Assembly (NCBI GenBank): GCA_044866005.1
Contig: JBIOTN010000086.1
Span: 1-32,667 of the forward strand
DNA from: Candidatus Rokuibacteriota bacterium
GTDB taxonomy: Bacteria; Methylomirabilota; Methylomirabilia; Rokubacteriales; DASRDR01
Direction: 5' to 3'
Length of the DNA: 32,667 nucleotides
Part shown: in pieces, positions 29,715-32,667 of the stretch
Position numbering within the stretch: position 1 is the first letter of the stretch
Layout: every line of letters starts with the position of its first letter
Translations under genes and position numbers: made by a program
Notes under the pieces: generated by a model
What the model was told of the DNA's origin: nothing
What the model saw: the letters and a program-made list of their open reading frames with translations, nothing else
Databases searched by the model: none

Positions 29715-30497
29715 GTGCTGCTCGAGGTAGAGGGGGTCTCCAAGCACTTCGGCGGGGTAGGCGCCGTCGCGGGCGTGGACCTCGCCGTCGAGCGGGACGA
29801 GATCGTCTCGGTGATCGGCCCCAACGGCGCCGGCAAGACCACCGTGCTCAACATGATCAGCGGCTTCCACCACCCCGACGCGGGCCGGATCCGCCTGGAC
29901 GGCGCGGACATCACGCACTTCGCGCCCAGCCGGATCGCCGCGCTCGGGGTCGCGCGGACCTTCCAGAACATCGCGCTGTTCAAGGGCATGACCGTCCTCG
30001 ACAACCTCATGCTGGGCCGCCACGTCCGCATGAAGGCCGGCGTGCTCGCCGCGATCGCGTACTGGGGGCTCGCGCAGAAGGAAGAGGTCGCGCACCGGCA
30101 GCGCGTCGAAGACGTCATCGACTTCCTCGAGATCGAGGACCTCCGCAAGCGTCCCACCGGCTCGCTGCCCTACGGGCTCCAGAAGCGGGTCGAGCTGGGC
30201 CGCGCCCTGGCCCTCGAGCCCCGTCTCCTCCTCCTCGACGAGCCCATGGGCGGGATGAACCAGGAGGAAAAGGAGGACATGGCGCGGTTCATCCTCGACA
30301 TCAAGGAGGAGTGGCACACCACGATCATCCTGATCGAGCACGACATGGCCGTGGTCATGGACATCTCCGATCGCGTCGCCGTCCTGGACATGGGCCAGAA
30401 GATCGCCGACGGCCGGCCGGAGCGGGTCCGCACCGACCCGCGGGTGATCAAGGCCTACCTGGGCACGAAGGGGGCGCCCGCGGAGGCGCGGGCGTGA
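29715..30497 (+). CDS. LIV-type ABC ATP-binding protein (LivG-like), cassette 2
   Basis: GAGGAG SD before GTG 29715, GPNGAGKTT, RTFQN, LPYGLQKRVELGRAL, IEHDM. Confidence 0.93.
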   Translation: MLLEVEGVSKHFGGVGAVAGVDLAVERDEIVSVIGPNGAGKTTVLNMISGFHHPDAGRIRLDGADITHFAPSRIAALGVARTFQNIALFKGMTVLDNLMLGRHVRMKAGVLAAIAYWGLAQKEEVAHRQRVEDVIDFLEIEDLRKRPTGSLPYGLQKRVELGRALALEPRLLLLDEPMGGMNQEEKEDMARFILDIKEEWHTTIILIEHDMAVVMDISDRVAVLDMGQKIADGRPERVRTDPRVIKAYLGTKGAPAEARA

Positions 30498-32461
30498 CTC
30501 GGGCCGCGCCGGCCCCGGGGGACGGCGGAGGGCCGGCGCCCGCGCGCGCCGAGGACTCCACCCTCGTCAGGCTCTTCGTGGCGCGGGCCCGCGCGCGCCC
30601 GCAGCGGCCCGTGATGCGGGAGCGCGAGAAGGGCATCTGGCTCGAGTACAGCTACGAGGCCGCGCTGGGGCACGTCCGGCGGCTCTCCCTCGGGCTTCAC
30701 GCGCTCGGCCTCGGCCGCGGCGACAAGGTCGCCATCCTCAGCGAGAACCGTCCGCAGGCGTTCTGGACGATCCTCGCCACGCAGGCGGTCGGCGCCGTGG
30801 CCGTCCCGCTCTATCAGGACGCGATCGCGCGCGAAGTGCAGTTCGTGGTGGACCACTCCGACGCGCGGCTCGTGCTCGCCGAGGACCAGGAGCAGGTCGA
30901 CAAGATGCTCGAGGTCCGCGCGGGGGTGCCCCGGGTCGAGCGCGTGCTCTACGACGACCCGAAGGGGCTCCGCCGCTACGACGACGACTGGCTCGTCCCG
31001 CTCACCGAGGTCGAGCGCCGCGGCCGCGAGGTCGACGGGGCCCACCCCGGGCTCTTCGACGAGCTCGTGGCGGCGGGGCGGGCCGACGATCCGGCCCTCA
31101 TCGTGTACACCTCCGGCACCACCGGGGTGCCGAAGGGCGCGCTGCTCACCCACGAGAACGTGATCGCCGCCGCGGAGCAGTTCCTCGGGCGGGAGGCGCT
31201 GCGGGAGGGGGACGAGGTGCTCTCCTATCTCCCCATCGCCTGGATCGGGGAGATCGTCTGGTCCGTGGCCCTGGCCAACGTCCGCGGCATCACCGTCAAC
31301 TTCCCGGAGCGGCCCGAGACCGTCCGCGCCAACCTGCGCGAGATCGGCGCCCACATCGTCCTGGCCCCGCCGCGGATCTGGGAGAACTGGGTCTCCGAAG
31401 TGCACGTCAAGATCGAGGACACGAGCCGCCTCAAGCGCTGGATCTTCCGCCGATTCATGCCGGTGGGCGAGGAGGTGGCGCGGCGGACGATGGAGCGGCG
31501 GCCCGTTCCCGCCGGGCTCCGGCTCCGGTGGCTCGTCGGGGAGTTCCTGCTCTTCGCGCCGCTGCGGGACCAGTACGGGCTGCGCCGCGTCCGGTACGCC
31601 TACACCGGCGGCGCCCCGCTCGGACCGGAGGTCTTCCTGTTCTTCCGGGGGCTCGGCGTGAACCTCAAGCAGATCTACGGTCAGACGGAGAACTGCGCCT
31701 TCTGCTGCGGGCAGGCCGACGACGGCGTCAAGCTCGGCACGGTCGGCGTGCCCTTCCCCGGCGTCGAGCTCCGCCTCACCGAGGAGGGCGAGATCATCTC
31801 GCGCGGCGCGACCACCTTCGCGGGGTACTACAAGAACCCCGACGCGACCCGGGCGGCGCTGCGGGACGGCTGGCTCCAGTCCGGGGATGCCGGCTTCTTC
31901 GACCGGGACGGCCACCTGGTCGTGGTGGATCGGATCCGGGACGTCACGCGTCTGGCCGACGGCACCACGCTCGCCCCGCAGTACCTCGAGAACAAGCTGA
32001 AGTTCAGCCCGTACGTCAAGGAGGCGGTCGTCGTCGGCCAGGGCCGGCCGTTCGTGGCCGCCCTCGTCAACATCGACATGGACAACGTCGGCAAGTGGGC
32101 GGAGCGCCGGGGGATCGGGTACACCACGTACGCCGACCTCGCGCAGAAGCGGGACGTCTACGCGCTCATCTTCCGGGAAGTGGAGCGCGTGAACCAGGAC
32201 CTGCCGGCCGCGGCGCGGATCCGCAAGTACGTGATCCTGCACAAGGAGCTGGACCCGGACGACGACGAGGTCACCCGCACCCGCAAGGTGCGGCGGCGCG
32301 TCGTCGCGGAGAAGTACGCGCCGTTCATCGAGGCGTTCTACGCGGACAAGGCCGAGGTCGAGGTGGCGACGACCATCACGTACGAGGACGGGCGGCAGGC
32401 CACGATCCAGGCGCGCGTCCGGGTCGAGGCGATCGACGCGGGAGTCCCCGCGCATGCCTGA
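30494..32461 (+). CDS. Long-chain acyl-CoA ligase-like AMP-binding protein, cassette 2
   Basis: GTGA overlap, YTSGTTGVPKG, YGQTE, WLQSGD, EVTRTRKVRR. It is a paralog of 22960-24912. Confidence 0.92.
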   Translation: MTRAAPAPGDGGGPAPARAEDSTLVRLFVARARARPQRPVMREREKGIWLEYSYEAALGHVRRLSLGLHALGLGRGDKVAILSENRPQAFWTILATQAVGAVAVPLYQDAIAREVQFVVDHSDARLVLAEDQEQVDKMLEVRAGVPRVERVLYDDPKGLRRYDDDWLVPLTEVERRGREVDGAHPGLFDELVAAGRADDPALIVYTSGTTGVPKGALLTHENVIAAAEQFLGREALREGDEVLSYLPIAWIGEIVWSVALANVRGITVNFPERPETVRANLREIGAHIVLAPPRIWENWVSEVHVKIEDTSRLKRWIFRRFMPVGEEVARRTMERRPVPAGLRLRWLVGEFLLFAPLRDQYGLRRVRYAYTGGAPLGPEVFLFFRGLGVNLKQIYGQTENCAFCCGQADDGVKLGTVGVPFPGVELRLTEEGEIISRGATTFAGYYKNPDATRAALRDGWLQSGDAGFFDRDGHLVVVDRIRDVTRLADGTTLAPQYLENKLKFSPYVKEAVVVGQGRPFVAALVNIDMDNVGKWAERRGIGYTTYADLAQKRDVYALIFREVERVNQDLPAAARIRKYVILHKELDPDDDEVTRTRKVRRRVVAEKYAPFIEAFYADKAEVEVATTITYEDGRQATIQARVRVEAIDAGVPAHA

Positions 32462-32667
32462 CGGTCAGTTCCTCGTCCTCCTCCTGTCGAACGGCGTGCT
32501 GATCGGCCTCATGTACTCGCTGATCGCGCTGGGATTCGTGCTCGTCTACAAGGCCACGGACGCCCTGAACTTCGCCCAGGGCGAGTTCGTCATGATCGCC
32601 GGCTTCGTGGCCGCGGTCGCGCTCGGCGCGTACGGGGCGCCGTTCTGGATCGCCGTCGCGGTGGCGC
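32454..32667 (+). CDS. LIV-type ABC permease (LivH-like), cassette 2, truncated by the window end
   Basis: Translates as MPDGQFLVLLLSNGVLIGLMYSLIALGFVLVYKATDALNFAQGEFVMIAG... Confidence 0.88.
   Translation, partial: MPDGQFLVLLLSNGVLIGLMYSLIALGFVLVYKATDALNFAQGEFVMIAGFVAAVALGAYGAPFWIAVAVA

Overview
High-GC bacterial chromosomal window with almost all genes on the + strand. The gene style suggests a Methylomirabilota/Rokubacteria-like organism, but that is inference only. (1) 1-2596 is a rearranged heavy-metal patch: merT on the minus strand behind a textbook MerR-family promoter (19-bp spacer, CTGTAG-N3-CTACAG operator) with no divergent merR, a 5'-truncated His/Met-rich helical protein, a secreted beta-barrel-like protein, and a 5'-truncated OmpR/PhoB response regulator. 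(2) Next come a PAS hybrid histidine kinase and tenA. (3) A sigma70 promoter is followed by an unassigned ~137-nt structured RNA and a GntR/UTRA-led acyl-CoA cluster: etfB, etfA, two acyl-CoA dehydrogenases, a split B12 mutase with isobutyryl-CoA-mutase signature residues, a HIT protein, an acyl-CoA ligase and a crotonase lacking both catalytic glutamates. (4) A sugar-type ABC transporter has a Tat-exported binding protein and no ATPase. (5) A GctAB-type CoA transferase precedes two tandem paralogous LIV-type ABC/acyl-CoA ligase cassettes, the second running off the window end. The intergenic spaces hold a TIR-bounded, structurally covarying MITE/REP-like repeat (3 copies) and other short repeats.
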